Positions 52,060 to 62,087 are shown, counted from the stretch's first letter. The stretch: 64,000 bases of DNA from Gemmatimonadales bacterium (GCA_036522875.1 DATDEZ010000119.1:244-64243), one strand, 5' to 3'. Program-made: numbers and translations. Notes: generated from the sequence alone by a model not told the origin.

Positions 52060-54254
52060 CGCTCGCGCTCCTCAGCGTCGTGCCCGCCGCGCTCGTCGCG
52101 CAGGGCAGCGGCGTGTTGCGCGGCAGCGTGCGCGAGCGGACCGCCGGTGAGCCGGTGCGCGGGGCCGTCGTCGCCGTTCCCGGCACGACGCTCGGGACGC
52201 GCACCGATGCCGACGGGCACTTTCGTCTCGCCGGCGTGCCCGCAGGAATGCTGCGCGTCCATTTTGCGGCGATCGGATTCGCCGCCATCGACACGAGCGT
52301 AACGATCACGGCGGGCGACACGCTGACGCTCGACATCGCGGCCGCCTTCGCGCCGCTCGCGCTCCCTCCCGTCGACGTCGTCAGCGACAAAGTGCCGCAC
52401 TTCGGCGACCGGCCGGCGACCAGCGTCGCGCAGGTGAGCGAGCAGGACTTGAATCGTCGCGCGGTCGCGACCGTGGACGAGGCGATCGATCACGTGGCGG
52501 GCGTGCAGTTCGTCAACGGGCAGATCAACATCCGCGGCTCGACCGGCTACGTGCAGGGACTGAACTCGCGCGTCCTGATGACCGTCGACGGCGTTCCGAT
52601 GAACCAGGGCGACCGCGGCGGCATCAACTGGGACATCCTGCCGGTCGATGAAGTGCAGAGCGTCGAGATCCTGAAAGGCGCGGGGTCATCGATGTACGGC
52701 TCGGCGGCGTTCGGCGGCGTCGTGAATGTGACGACCCGCGACGTCTCGGGCGGTCTGCACACGCGCGTCCGGCTCGTCGGCGGAGCCTACGCCGATCCGC
52801 CGCACAGCGTGTGGCGGTTCCGCGATTCACCCGGTCTGCTCGGCGGCGCCGACGTCACGGCCTCCTACGGGACCGATCGACTGGGCGGCCGGATCTCCGC
52901 CGGTGACCGTCATTCGGACGGGTATCGGCAGCAGGATCAGGACGACCATCTGCACTTCGCGGCGAAGGGTCGGTGGCAACCCGCGCCCAACATGCGGGTC
53001 GACGTATCGGGCGCCTGGGCCGTCGATCGCTACGACGTCCCGCTGAGCTGGTGCAGCCGCGGTGAGTGCGACGATCGCGGGCAGGTATTTCAGCCGTTCC
53101 TGGTGGATACGACCGAAGCGGGCGCGCGCACGGACTCGCGCAAAGGCTACCTCGACGCGCAGGTGCGCACGACGGTCTCGCCGCAGCTCGCGTGGGTGGC
53201 GCGCGGTTCCTGGATGCACACGCGCTTCACCGACGTCCGCCGCAGCGCCAATGAATTCGGCATCGGCGACCGCTTCGGCGCGGAAGCGCGGCTCGAGGCG
53301 CACCCCGAGCCGACGCGCACCGTCGTCGTGGGGGCGGAGGCGACGCTCTCCAACGTCACGAGCGACATCTTCGGCGTCCACTCGCAATCGGAGTTCGCGG
53401 CGTATGGCCAGAGCGACCAGCGGCTCGGCACGCTGCACGTGAGCGGCGGGGCACGGCTCGATTTTCTCGCCGTGGATGGCGGCTCGCTCACCGCGGTCGT
53501 GAGCCCGCGCGTGGGTCTCACGCTGCCCACCGACCATCGCGCGAACGATGGCGGCGTTTTGCGCGCCTCCATTGGCCGCGGCTTCCGCGCGCCGACGATG
53601 GCGGAGCGATTCGTCCGCACGGTGGCGCTGGGCTTCGAGGTCGTCCCCAATCCCAATCTCCAACCCGAGACGAGCTGGTCGTTCGAGATCGGGCACACGA
53701 GCGCGCCGCTGTTGCGCTTCATCCGCGTGGATGCCGCGGCGTTCTGGACCGAAGCGCGCGACTTGATCGAGCCGCGCAGCATCCTCGTCCCGCCCGATAC
53801 CGTCGAAATCCAGCTGCAGAACGTGGCGCGCGCGCGGATTGCCGGCATCGACGCGAGCATCATCGCGGCGCCGATTCCGAACCGTTTGGTCGCCACGCTC
53901 GGGTACACCTACCTCTCGACGCGGCGGCAGCTCGCCGGCGACAGCACCACGGGCCCCCTCGCCTTTCGACCGCGGCACATGCTCAAGGTCACCACCGACT
54001 ACACGCTGCTCGCAGGCCTCGGCCTCGGCGCCGATTTTCGCTATTCCAGCCGCCCCGAGCGAATCGAGCTCGAGGGGTTTGTCGATCCCCGGCGCGTGCC
54101 GGTGAAAGTGCTGGATCTCCGGGCGTCCTGGCGGCGTGGCCCGGTCGAGCTGCGGCTGCTCGCGGCAAACGTGCTCAACTACATCTATAACCTCGTGCCC
54201 GAAACGCTTGCGCCGGTGCGCACGTTGTCGCTTACCGCCGTTTGGAGCCGTTAG
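52044..54254 (+). CDS. TonB-dependent receptor with a CarboxypepD_reg-like N-domain
   Basis: GTG 52044 gives the signal peptide HRAVTLALLSVVPAALVAQ. This is followed by GSVRERTAGEPVRGAVV..TDADGHFRL, a plug domain (INIRGS) and a beta-barrel ending in an aromatic-rich C-terminus. Confidence 0.87.
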   Translation: MHRAVTLALLSVVPAALVAQGSGVLRGSVRERTAGEPVRGAVVAVPGTTLGTRTDADGHFRLAGVPAGMLRVHFAAIGFAAIDTSVTITAGDTLTLDIAAAFAPLALPPVDVVSDKVPHFGDRPATSVAQVSEQDLNRRAVATVDEAIDHVAGVQFVNGQINIRGSTGYVQGLNSRVLMTVDGVPMNQGDRGGINWDILPVDEVQSVEILKGAGSSMYGSAAFGGVVNVTTRDVSGGLHTRVRLVGGAYADPPHSVWRFRDSPGLLGGADVTASYGTDRLGGRISAGDRHSDGYRQQDQDDHLHFAAKGRWQPAPNMRVDVSGAWAVDRYDVPLSWCSRGECDDRGQVFQPFLVDTTEAGARTDSRKGYLDAQVRTTVSPQLAWVARGSWMHTRFTDVRRSANEFGIGDRFGAEARLEAHPEPTRTVVVGAEATLSNVTSDIFGVHSQSEFAAYGQSDQRLGTLHVSGGARLDFLAVDGGSLTAVVSPRVGLTLPTDHRANDGGVLRASIGRGFRAPTMAERFVRTVALGFEVVPNPNLQPETSWSFEIGHTSAPLLRFIRVDAAAFWTEARDLIEPRSILVPPDTVEIQLQNVARARIAGIDASIIAAPIPNRLVATLGYTYLSTRRQLAGDSTTGPLAFRPRHMLKVTTDYTLLAGLGLGADFRYSSRPERIELEGFVDPRRVPVKVLDLRASWRRGPVELRLLAANVLNYIYNLVPETLAPVRTLSLTAVWSR

Positions 54255-54270
54255 CGTTACATTGCACGCC

Positions 54271-54756
54271 ATGAAATGGCCGGCGATTTCCTGCCTGCTG
54301 GTGGTGGCGGCGTGCACGCGCGGCGCCGGTAATTCGCCGACCTGTGGCATCGCGCTGCTGGCCGGACCGTCGCTGATCACGTCGCAGCTCTCCAATGCCC
54401 GCGCGGTCATCACCGATCCGCCCCGCGGCCTCCCCGACTCGCTGCCCGCGATGGTCATCCAGCAGAAAGCCGCGGCCGTCCTCGTCGGGAAGGACGCCGA
54501 AGGCAAAATCTCGATGCAGTACCGCGGCCCGGGATTTCCCCCGCGCGGCTACGGTCTGCTGGTCGTCGACGACACGTCGCAGCGCGCGATGGGCGTCCTG
54601 ATTCTCGATCAAGAGGACCCGTCGGGTCATCCGGCGATCGGAACCATCATCGGCGGCAGCACGGCGCTGAATCTGTTCGGGGTGCGGGTGGATTGGGCGA
54701 GCGTCAACAATCCACGGTGCCCCTTGTTCGGCGGTCCCGCGTCCACGACGTCGTGA
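54271..54756 (+). CDS. lipoprotein, unknown function
   Basis: ATG 54271 gives MKWPAISCLLVVAAC. 161 aa. GTGA overlap with the next gene. Confidence 0.55.
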   Translation: MKWPAISCLLVVAACTRGAGNSPTCGIALLAGPSLITSQLSNARAVITDPPRGLPDSLPAMVIQQKAAAVLVGKDAEGKISMQYRGPGFPPRGYGLLVVDDTSQRAMGVLILDQEDPSGHPAIGTIIGGSTALNLFGVRVDWASVNNPRCPLFGGPASTTS

Positions 54757-55448
54757 AGTCCCAGCCCACCCCTGTCGCGGTGACGGCGCCGCGACGCGTC
54801 GTCGACGGCCGCGAGCGAGTCACCTTGAACACCACTTATGTCCGCGCACTCGAAGCAGCAGGGCTCGTGCCGCTGGCCGTCCCCACCATGCTGGCCGCTG
54901 ACCGGGCCGGCGCGGCGCTCGCGGCAGTGCGCGGGCTGGTGCTGACGGGCGGCGAGGACGTCGCGCCGGACCGGTACGGCCAGTCGCCGCATCCGCGGCT
55001 CGGCGACGTCGATCCCGTCCGCGATGCCGCCGAGCTCGCATTGATCGCGGCGGCACGCGAGCGCGGCCTGCCGATCCTCGCGATCTGCCGCGGCATTCAA
55101 ATCCTCAACGTCGCGCTCGGAGGAACGCTGTATCAGGATCTGCCCACGGAGCGGCCGAGCGAAATACCTCACAGCGATGAGACCAGCCGGCACGGGATCC
55201 GCGTCGAGGCGGGCTCGCGGCTCGGGCGCACGCTCGGCACATCCACCGCGAGCGTGAACAGCCGCCACCATCAGGCGATTCGCGACCTCGCGCCCGGACT
55301 CAAAGCGGTCGCGTGGGCCGACGACGGCGTCATCGAGGGCGCGGAGCCGGCCGATCAGGGCGGCCCCTGGATCGTCGCGGTGCAATGGCATCCCGAGGAC
55401 ATGACCGAGCGCGCGCTGTTCGACGGGTTCGCGCGGGCGGTGGCGTGA
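54753..55448 (+). CDS. class I glutamine amidotransferase / peptidase C26 (gamma-glutamyl hydrolase-like)
   Basis: GTG 54753. Motifs ICRGIQILNVALGG, SRHHQAI and VQWHPE. Confidence 0.85.
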   Translation: MKSQPTPVAVTAPRRVVDGRERVTLNTTYVRALEAAGLVPLAVPTMLAADRAGAALAAVRGLVLTGGEDVAPDRYGQSPHPRLGDVDPVRDAAELALIAAARERGLPILAICRGIQILNVALGGTLYQDLPTERPSEIPHSDETSRHGIRVEAGSRLGRTLGTSTASVNSRHHQAIRDLAPGLKAVAWADDGVIEGAEPADQGGPWIVAVQWHPEDMTERALFDGFARAVA

Positions 55449-55888
55449 GCGCGCTGCATCCGTTTCCCTCGACCGAGTGGGTCACCGCGTACGGCGACCA
55501 GATCAACTCGAGCGCGGAATACCGCGCCGCGTCCACCGAATGGACGCACGGATCGGTGGCGCTGGTTTTGCCAGCCGCACCGGCGATCGGCGTCGCCGAG
55601 GACGTCGCGATCCTGCTCGACCTCGATCGCGGCGTTTGCCGCTCCGCGAGGTTCGTGAAGCGCGAGGAGGCGCGGGACGCGCCGTTCATCCTGACGGCGG
55701 AATACCGCTACTGGAAGCAGATCATCAAGAAAGAGCTCGGCCCCATCGCCGGGATCATGCAGCGGAAGGTCTCGCTCGTCGGATCGCTGCCGATCGTCGT
55801 CCGGTTCATCAAATCCGCCGAAGCGCTCGTGGACGCCGCCACCCGCGTCCCCACCCGCTTTCTGGACGACGGCGAGGGCAGCCCGTGA
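55445..55888 (+). CDS. SCP2 sterol-binding-domain protein
   Basis: GTG 55445. 147 aa. The C-terminal MQRKVSLVGSLPIVVRF resembles the SCP2 FMxGKLKIxGxMxLAxK motif. Confidence 0.65.
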   Translation: MSALHPFPSTEWVTAYGDQINSSAEYRAASTEWTHGSVALVLPAAPAIGVAEDVAILLDLDRGVCRSARFVKREEARDAPFILTAEYRYWKQIIKKELGPIAGIMQRKVSLVGSLPIVVRFIKSAEALVDAATRVPTRFLDDGEGSP

Positions 55889-55890
55889 GC

Positions 55891-57909
55891 ATGCCGACCG
55901 GCGACGTCCTGTCCCGGCTCATCACGCTGTCGCAGGAGCTCGCCGGCGCCTATCGACCGGCGACCATCATCGAGATCGTGACCCGCCTGGTGACCGAGCA
56001 GCTCGCCCCCGCCCGACTCTCGGTCATGCTGCTGGACCTGGACAGTAACCGGCTCGCGATCGCCTATCACAATGGCCCCCGGCCGCCCAGCACCGACGAT
56101 CCGATGTTGCAGCTCGCGCTGCGCCGCGGCCCGCTCGTCTTTCCCGACCGCGTCGCCGAGCGCGCCGCGGAGCTCGGCGTGACGATCGAGGGCCCGGCGC
56201 CGGCGTGCTGGCTCGGCATTCCGATCATGGTGGTGTCCCGCTCCCTCGGCGCCGTGATGATGGAAGGTGACCGGACGGGAGCGCTCGACGACGATGCCTT
56301 GATGTTCGCGCGAGCCGTGCTCGCCCAGGCCGGAATCGCGCTCGAGAACGCGCGCCTCGTGGAGCTGTTGTCGAGCGGCAAGCGGGAGTGGGAGCAGACG
56401 GTCGACGCGTTCAACCAGGCGATTTGCTATCTCGACCCCCAGGGCGCCGTGCGTCGCGCCAATCGCGTGTTCGCCGAGCTGATCAAGCTGCCGGTCACCG
56501 CGCTTCCGGGGCGGCCGTGGCTGACACTGCTGCCGCCGTCGTGGGTGGACCCGGTGGCGCGTCTCCTGACGCCGGACGGGGCGTTCACGCCGGTCGAAGT
56601 GCGCGCCGGCGAGCGCACGCTGCAGGTGAGCGCGATTCGCTCGGGCGAGCCGGGCGCGATGGTGCTGCTGTTCGAGGACCAAACGGAAAAACGCCGGCTG
56701 CAGGAGCAGCTGCTGCAGTCTGAAAAAATGTCGGCGATCGGCCAGCTGATCGCGGGCGTGGCGCACGACCTCAACAATCCGCTCGCGTCCGTCGTCGGCT
56801 TCAGCGACCTGCTCGGCGAAGCGGGCGACATCCCGCCCCGGCTCGCCGAGCCGCTGGCCGTCATCCGGCAGGAAGCCGAGCGCGCCTCGGCGATCGTGCG
56901 CAACCTGCTGTCGTTCGCACGGCGCCAGGAGGGCGAGCGGAAGCTGCAGTCGATCCGCCCGATTCTCGAGTCCACTCATCAGCTGCTCAAGAACCAGCTC
57001 CTGGCCGCGCGGATCGAGCTGACGCTCACCTTCGAGCCCGGCTTGCCCGAGGTCGAGGTGCATGCGAATCAGATCAAGCAGGTGTTCGTGAACATCATCA
57101 ACAACGCCGCGCAGGCGATCACGACGATGCGCGCCCGCGCCGGCGTGGGCGGCGGCCGCATTGAGATCGCGACGAAATGCGAGCCCGACGGCCTGTCGGT
57201 GAATATCTCCGACGACGGCCCCGGCATTCCGGAAGACGTCGCGCAGCGTGTGTTCGAGCCGTTCTTCAGTACCAAGTCCGAGGGCGAAGGGACGGGGCTC
57301 GGGCTCTCGATCTGCCTCGGGATCGTGAAGGAGCATGGCGGCAACATCACCGTCGATCCGGGCGGCGCGGGCAGCGGGCGCGGCGCGACATTTATCGTTG
57401 AGCTGCCCACCGGCCTTCACTCCGCATTAGCCCCGAGTACTTCCGATGGTGACGACACGGCGAGCGTCACGCCGGCGACGGCGAGACCGTCCCCAGCACC
57501 GCCGCCACCGGTGCCCGTCGTCCCCGAACGGCCGGAGCGGCTGCGGGTACTCGTGGTAGATGACGAACCGCACATTCTCCATTACATGCAGGCGACCCTC
57601 GAAAGCTGGGGGCACGAGGTCGTGCTCGCGCGCGACGGCAGCCAGGCCTTGAAGCGCGCGCTGATGCAGCCCTTCGATCTCATCATCTGCGATCTCCGCA
57701 TGCCGCGGCTGGGAGGACGCGAGATGTTTCACACGCTCGCGCGGATGCATCCCTCCGTCGCCGACCGGATCATTTTCGCGACCGGCGACACCGTTCGCGG
57801 CGACACGCTGCAATTCCTCGAAGAGTTGGGCCGCCCGTTTCTTCAGAAGCCCTTCAAGCTCGATGCACTGCGACGCGTACTCGCCGGAGTCGTGAAAGTC
57901 CCGGCGTAG
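55891..57909 (+). CDS. hybrid sensor histidine kinase/response regulator (GAF-PAS-HisKA-HATPase_c-REC)
   Basis: ATG 55891 (MPTGDVLSRL). H-box AHDLNNPL, N/G boxes NIINNAAQA, DDGPGIP and GTGLGLSI. A Pro-rich linker is followed by a REC domain (VLVVDDEP...ICDLRMP). Confidence 0.9.
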   Translation: MPTGDVLSRLITLSQELAGAYRPATIIEIVTRLVTEQLAPARLSVMLLDLDSNRLAIAYHNGPRPPSTDDPMLQLALRRGPLVFPDRVAERAAELGVTIEGPAPACWLGIPIMVVSRSLGAVMMEGDRTGALDDDALMFARAVLAQAGIALENARLVELLSSGKREWEQTVDAFNQAICYLDPQGAVRRANRVFAELIKLPVTALPGRPWLTLLPPSWVDPVARLLTPDGAFTPVEVRAGERTLQVSAIRSGEPGAMVLLFEDQTEKRRLQEQLLQSEKMSAIGQLIAGVAHDLNNPLASVVGFSDLLGEAGDIPPRLAEPLAVIRQEAERASAIVRNLLSFARRQEGERKLQSIRPILESTHQLLKNQLLAARIELTLTFEPGLPEVEVHANQIKQVFVNIINNAAQAITTMRARAGVGGGRIEIATKCEPDGLSVNISDDGPGIPEDVAQRVFEPFFSTKSEGEGTGLGLSICLGIVKEHGGNITVDPGGAGSGRGATFIVELPTGLHSALAPSTSDGDDTASVTPATARPSPAPPPPVPVVPERPERLRVLVVDDEPHILHYMQATLESWGHEVVLARDGSQALKRALMQPFDLIICDLRMPRLGGREMFHTLARMHPSVADRIIFATGDTVRGDTLQFLEELGRPFLQKPFKLDALRRVLAGVVKVPA

Positions 57910-57921
57910 CAGGCGGCCGGC

Positions 57922-58959
57922 GTGCGCGTCCTTCAGGTCGATTCAGGCCGCGAGTGGCGCGGTGGCCAGGCGCAGGTCTGGCTGCTGTGCCGCGAGCTGA
58001 TCGGCGTTGGCGGCGTGGAGCAAGTGCTCGTCACGAAACAGGACAGCGAGCTGGCACGCCGCACCGCCGCGGCCGGCGTGCAGGTCCAGGGGACCGCGTG
58101 GGACATCGGCCTCGACCCGCGAGCCTGGTGGCAGCTACGCCGGTCGATCTCGTCGTTTCAGCCCGACATCATTCACGTCCATGACAGCCATTCCCTGACG
58201 CTGGTCGCGACGGTGGCGATGGGTCGGCACGTCGTCGCGACGCGGCGCGCGGAGTTCCATATCGGCCGCTTCGGCGCCTGGCGCCGCCCGGATCGCATCA
58301 TCGCCATTTCGGAAGCGGTAAAGCGCGTGCTGGTCGGCGACGGCATCGCCGCCGACGCCGTGGTCGTGGTGCCCGACGGCATCGACGCCGACGCGGTGCG
58401 TCGCGCCGCAGCCGAGCCGCCGCCGCTCGACATGCGCCGGCGCCTGCGCATCCCGTCCAACCATCACATCGTCGTCAACGCCGCCGCGCTGACCGGCGAG
58501 AAAGACCATCGCACCCTCGTGCGCGCGGCCGGCCACGCGCGCGCGCTGGCCCCCGATCTGCACTGGATCATCGCCGGTGAAGGACCGCTCGAGTCGCAGA
58601 TCGCGGATGAGATCGCCCGGCTCGGCCTGCAGGATCGCGTGCACCTCGTCGGCTTCGTGGATCGCATCGACGCGTTGATCGCCGAAGCGAACGTGTTCGT
58701 CTTATCCTCGCGACAGGAAGGATTGGGCAGCGTGATCCTTCATGCCTTGGCGCTCGATCGTCCGGTTGTCGCGACGGCCGCCGGCGGCATCCCCGAGATT
58801 CTCCCCGGCGAGGCGCTCGTCCCGCCGGGCGCCGCCGAGCCACTGGCGCAAAAGGTGGTCGCCGCCCTGCACCGGCCTGTCGTCCTCCCCTATCCCTCCC
58901 GCTTCAGCGCTAACGCCATGGCAAATGGAGTCTTGGACGTCTATCGCGCCTTCTTCTAG
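57922..58959 (+). CDS. glycosyltransferase family 4 (GT-B)
   Basis: 345 aa, GTG start. The C-terminal EGLGSVILHALALDRPVVATAAGGIPEI is the GT4 E-x7-E region. Confidence 0.87.
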   Translation: MRVLQVDSGREWRGGQAQVWLLCRELIGVGGVEQVLVTKQDSELARRTAAAGVQVQGTAWDIGLDPRAWWQLRRSISSFQPDIIHVHDSHSLTLVATVAMGRHVVATRRAEFHIGRFGAWRRPDRIIAISEAVKRVLVGDGIAADAVVVVPDGIDADAVRRAAAEPPPLDMRRRLRIPSNHHIVVNAAALTGEKDHRTLVRAAGHARALAPDLHWIIAGEGPLESQIADEIARLGLQDRVHLVGFVDRIDALIAEANVFVLSSRQEGLGSVILHALALDRPVVATAAGGIPEILPGEALVPPGAAEPLAQKVVAALHRPVVLPYPSRFSANAMANGVLDVYRAFF

Positions 58960-58970
58960 ATTGCAGGGCC

Positions 58971-60467
58971 ATGATCTACGTCTGTGTGCCGGTCCATAAC
59001 GAGGCGAGCACCGTCGGGCTCGTGCTCTGGAAGGTCCGTCAGGTGTTCACGGCCTTCCAGCGCGAGTACCAGATCATCACGTGTGACGACGCTTCGACGG
59101 ACGGCACGGCCGACGTCCTGACCTCGTACGCCCGCGTCCTGCCGCTGACCGTGATCACGCACCGCACGCGCGAAGGGTACGCCAAGAGCCTCGAGGAGCT
59201 GCTGCGGACGGCACTGCAACGCACCGATCGACCGAAGCGCGATTGCGCCATCACCCTGCACGCCGACTTCGTCCACGCGCCCGAAACCATGGAAGAGATG
59301 GTCAAGCGGCTCGAGTCGGGCGCAGATCTCGTGGTCGCCGAGCAGGGCAAGCTGTTGGGCACTCGGACCTGGGCGGAGCGATGGGTACGGCAGTGGGCCC
59401 CGCGGCTGCTCCGCGTCGGCGGAGGAGTGAAGGACTCGCTGTCCGGATTCGTGGCCCTGCGCCTGATCGTTCTGAAGCAGGCCACGCGGGGAGGCGAGGC
59501 GCGGCTGCTGACCACCGACGGCTGGTCCGCCAACGCGGAGCTGCTCGCGCGTCTCGGCGCGCATGCCCGAAGGATCGAGCTCGTTCCCAGCGCGGCGCGC
59601 TACGACCTGAAGCAGCGACCCTCCCGTTCCAGGCCGTGGCAGCAGCTGCTGTCGGCCTGGCGAGCGCGGGGCCTGGTCAGCGCGGCGCGCAAAGGGGTGG
59701 CGCCGCTCATCCTCCTCGCGATTCTGGCGGCGAGTCGACTGCACGCCCAAGACACGGTGTGCACGGGCAAGCCGGTGAACTCACCGCCGGCGTTGCGGCC
59801 AATCCCCGTCGTCACGTTTCCCGTCGGCGAGCGGCTCTCTTTCAGCGCGAAATACGGGATCTTCAGCGTCGGCAGCGCGGTGATGGAAGTCGTGGGGATC
59901 GACACGGTGCACGGCATGGAGACCGTGCACATCCGGTTTCGCATCACGGGCGGCGCGCTCTGGTATCATCTGGACCAGACGATCGAGTCGTGGGTGGGGC
60001 GTTACGATTTTCGCTCGCGCCGCTTCTCGTCGGTGCAAGACGAGCGCGATCGGCACCGCGAGCACCGCTACGAGATTTTTCCCGACTCGGGGTTTTACAG
60101 AGAAGTTGGGCGCGACACGACGTTCGCCACCGTTCTCGAGCCACTCGATGACGCGTCTTTTCTGTACTGGATCCGAACGGTGCCGCTGGAGGTCGGGAAG
60201 CGGTATGAGTACGCCCGCTACTTTCGGCCCGACCGCAATCCCGTCATCGTCGAAGTCGTCCGTCGCGAGCACGTGAGCGTCGCCGGGAAGAAGTGGCGCG
60301 CGCTCGTCGTACGCCCCAAGATTCCCCAGGGCCGCGGCATCTTCGCCGAGAAGTCGGAGACCTTGATCTGGCTGTCGGACGACGCGCAGCGGCTGGTGCT
60401 CGCGATTCAATCCAACTTTTCCTTCGGGCAAGTGACGCTGAAGCTCAAGGACTACGTGGAGCCATGA
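58971..60467 (+). CDS. glycosyltransferase family 2 domain fused to a DUF3108-like domain
   Basis: N-terminus MIYVCVPVHNEASTV..ITCDDASTDGT (GT2). After a hydrophobic segment, FPVGERLSFSAKYGIFSVGSAVMEV... resembles DUF3108. Confidence 0.75.
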   Translation: MIYVCVPVHNEASTVGLVLWKVRQVFTAFQREYQIITCDDASTDGTADVLTSYARVLPLTVITHRTREGYAKSLEELLRTALQRTDRPKRDCAITLHADFVHAPETMEEMVKRLESGADLVVAEQGKLLGTRTWAERWVRQWAPRLLRVGGGVKDSLSGFVALRLIVLKQATRGGEARLLTTDGWSANAELLARLGAHARRIELVPSAARYDLKQRPSRSRPWQQLLSAWRARGLVSAARKGVAPLILLAILAASRLHAQDTVCTGKPVNSPPALRPIPVVTFPVGERLSFSAKYGIFSVGSAVMEVVGIDTVHGMETVHIRFRITGGALWYHLDQTIESWVGRYDFRSRRFSSVQDERDRHREHRYEIFPDSGFYREVGRDTTFATVLEPLDDASFLYWIRTVPLEVGKRYEYARYFRPDRNPVIVEVVRREHVSVAGKKWRALVVRPKIPQGRGIFAEKSETLIWLSDDAQRLVLAIQSNFSFGQVTLKLKDYVEP

Positions 60468-61426
60468 CCGACTATCGCGAAGCCGACTTCTCCCGCCTCA
60501 ACACCGTCCCCATCGTCAACCGTCCCAACAAAGTCGATCCTTCACTCCTTGCGCAGCCACCGCGCTCGGGCGGCGCCGCCCCGAGCTTCGAGGACTTCGT
60601 CGCGGCGCTCCCGTCGATTCTCGCGGCACAGGATCTTCGCTTCCTCGTCGATCAGTGGGTGGCGGCAACGGGACGGCGCGCCGTCGTCGCGATGCTCGGC
60701 GGTCACGTCATCAAGGTCGGGCTTGGTCCCCTGCTCATCGCGCTGATCAAGCGGCGCGCCGTCACCGTTGTGGCGATGAACGGCAGCGCCGCGATCCACG
60801 ACTTCGAGCTCGCCGCGTACGGGGGCACCAGCGAGGACGTTGCCGCCGGGCTGGGTGACGGCACGTTCGGCATGGCGGAGGAAACAGGGCGCGAGATGAA
60901 CGCCGCGCTCGCCAAAGGCGTGCAGGCGAAGCAGGGAGCGGGACAGGCGCTCGCCGAATACCTGCGCGCGCGCAAGGACCTGCCGGGACGTGACGTGTCG
61001 GTGCTCATCGCCTGCGCGGAGCTCGGCGTGCCGGTGACCGTGCACACGGCGATCGGCGCCGAGATCATTCACCAGCATCCGTCGGCCGACGGTGCCGTCC
61101 TCGGCGCGACGAGTCACCGCGACTTCAAGCGCCTCGCCGGCGCCCTGCCGGACCTCGATGACGGCGGCCTTGTCCTGAACCTCGGCAGCGCGGTCGTGAT
61201 GCCGGAGGTATTTCTGAAGGCGTTGACCGTGGCCCGGAATCTCAACGCGGGGCGGCCGAAGAATTTCACGGCCTGCGACTGCGACATGCAGCGCCATTAC
61301 CGCCCGCGCGTGAACGTCGTCGAGCGGCCGACGCTGGCGGGCGGCCGCGGCATTCAGCTGACGGGCCATCACGAGATCCTGTTGCCGCTGATCGTGTGGG
61401 CGGTCTTATCACGACTCGATCGGTAG
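60464..61426 (+). CDS. deoxyhypusine synthase-like (DHS-like NAD-binding fold) protein, tentative
   Basis: ATG 60464 (MTDYREADF). LGGHVIKVGLGPLLIALIKRRAVTVVAMNGSAAIHDFE resembles the DHS family core. ATGA overlap with the upstream gene. Confidence 0.5.
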   Translation: MTDYREADFSRLNTVPIVNRPNKVDPSLLAQPPRSGGAAPSFEDFVAALPSILAAQDLRFLVDQWVAATGRRAVVAMLGGHVIKVGLGPLLIALIKRRAVTVVAMNGSAAIHDFELAAYGGTSEDVAAGLGDGTFGMAEETGREMNAALAKGVQAKQGAGQALAEYLRARKDLPGRDVSVLIACAELGVPVTVHTAIGAEIIHQHPSADGAVLGATSHRDFKRLAGALPDLDDGGLVLNLGSAVVMPEVFLKALTVARNLNAGRPKNFTACDCDMQRHYRPRVNVVERPTLAGGRGIQLTGHHEILLPLIVWAVLSRLDR

Positions 61427-61872
61427 CGATCGCGCTGGGAGTTGCGGCGGTGCTCGCCTGCACGACGCGGCGAGTCACGCCGCGCGGCCCGCGCGAGATG
61501 GTCGCGGTGCCGGGCGGGGCGGACGAGGTCGAGACGGTCGTGCGGCTGGCGTTGACGCTCGACGCCGCGGGTGATGCCCGAGCCGATACGCTGTACGCGT
61601 CCGACGCCATGATCATCGAGAACGCGCGCGTGCGGCTGGCGGCACCGCGGTTCGCCGGGATCGTGAGCGGCAAGGATGGACGCATCACGATCACGTCCGC
61701 GAATGCGACGGTCGAAGGCCGCCTGGCGTGGGTCTTAGTCGATTATCGTTGGGTCAATCCGGCCGAGCGACGTGCCGAAGTCGGCCGGGCGACGGTCATC
61801 TGCGAACGGCGAGACAGCGGCTGGAAGATCGTGCACGCGCACTCGAGCCAGCCGCTACCTTGGGAGCCTTAA
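61396..61872 (+). CDS. SnoaL/DUF4440-like (NTF2-fold) lipoprotein
   Basis: 158 aa, GTG start. Lipobox LGVAAVLAC and the C-terminal RRDSGWKIVHAHSS typical of the NTF2-like fold. Confidence 0.5.
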   Translation: MGGLITTRSVAIALGVAAVLACTTRRVTPRGPREMVAVPGGADEVETVVRLALTLDAAGDARADTLYASDAMIIENARVRLAAPRFAGIVSGKDGRITITSANATVEGRLAWVLVDYRWVNPAERRAEVGRATVICERRDSGWKIVHAHSSQPLPWEP

Positions 61873-62087
61873 GCGTCGGCGGGACGGCCCTTGATCATGT
61901 CGCGAATGCGATCCGCCGTCCGCGGACTGACGAGACGCAGCACGATGTAGATGACGAACCCGAAGGCGGCGAGCCACAGCACGGTGCCGGCGATCCCAAC
62001 GACGAACCCCAGCATGCCGAACAGAAATTTGAGCGCGAGCCACGCGACCACAGCGAGAAGTGCGAACCCTAAAAGGCTCCGGAACAT
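61869..62087 (-). CDS. small membrane protein (two TM helices)
   Basis: 72 aa. MFRSLLGFALLAVVAWLALKFLFGMLGFVVGIAGTVLWLAAFGFVIYIVL, then a basic tail. Confidence 0.5.
   Translation of the reverse strand: MFRSLLGFALLAVVAWLALKFLFGMLGFVVGIAGTVLWLAAFGFVIYIVLRLVSPRTADRIRDMIKGRPADA

Noticed and set aside
52827-54506. 559-aa ORF antisense to the TonB-dependent receptor, with a 570-aa ORF at 55708..57420 antisense to the histidine kinase
   Set aside because: Same reasoning. The sense-strand genes have complete domain series, and the antisense translations are low-complexity.
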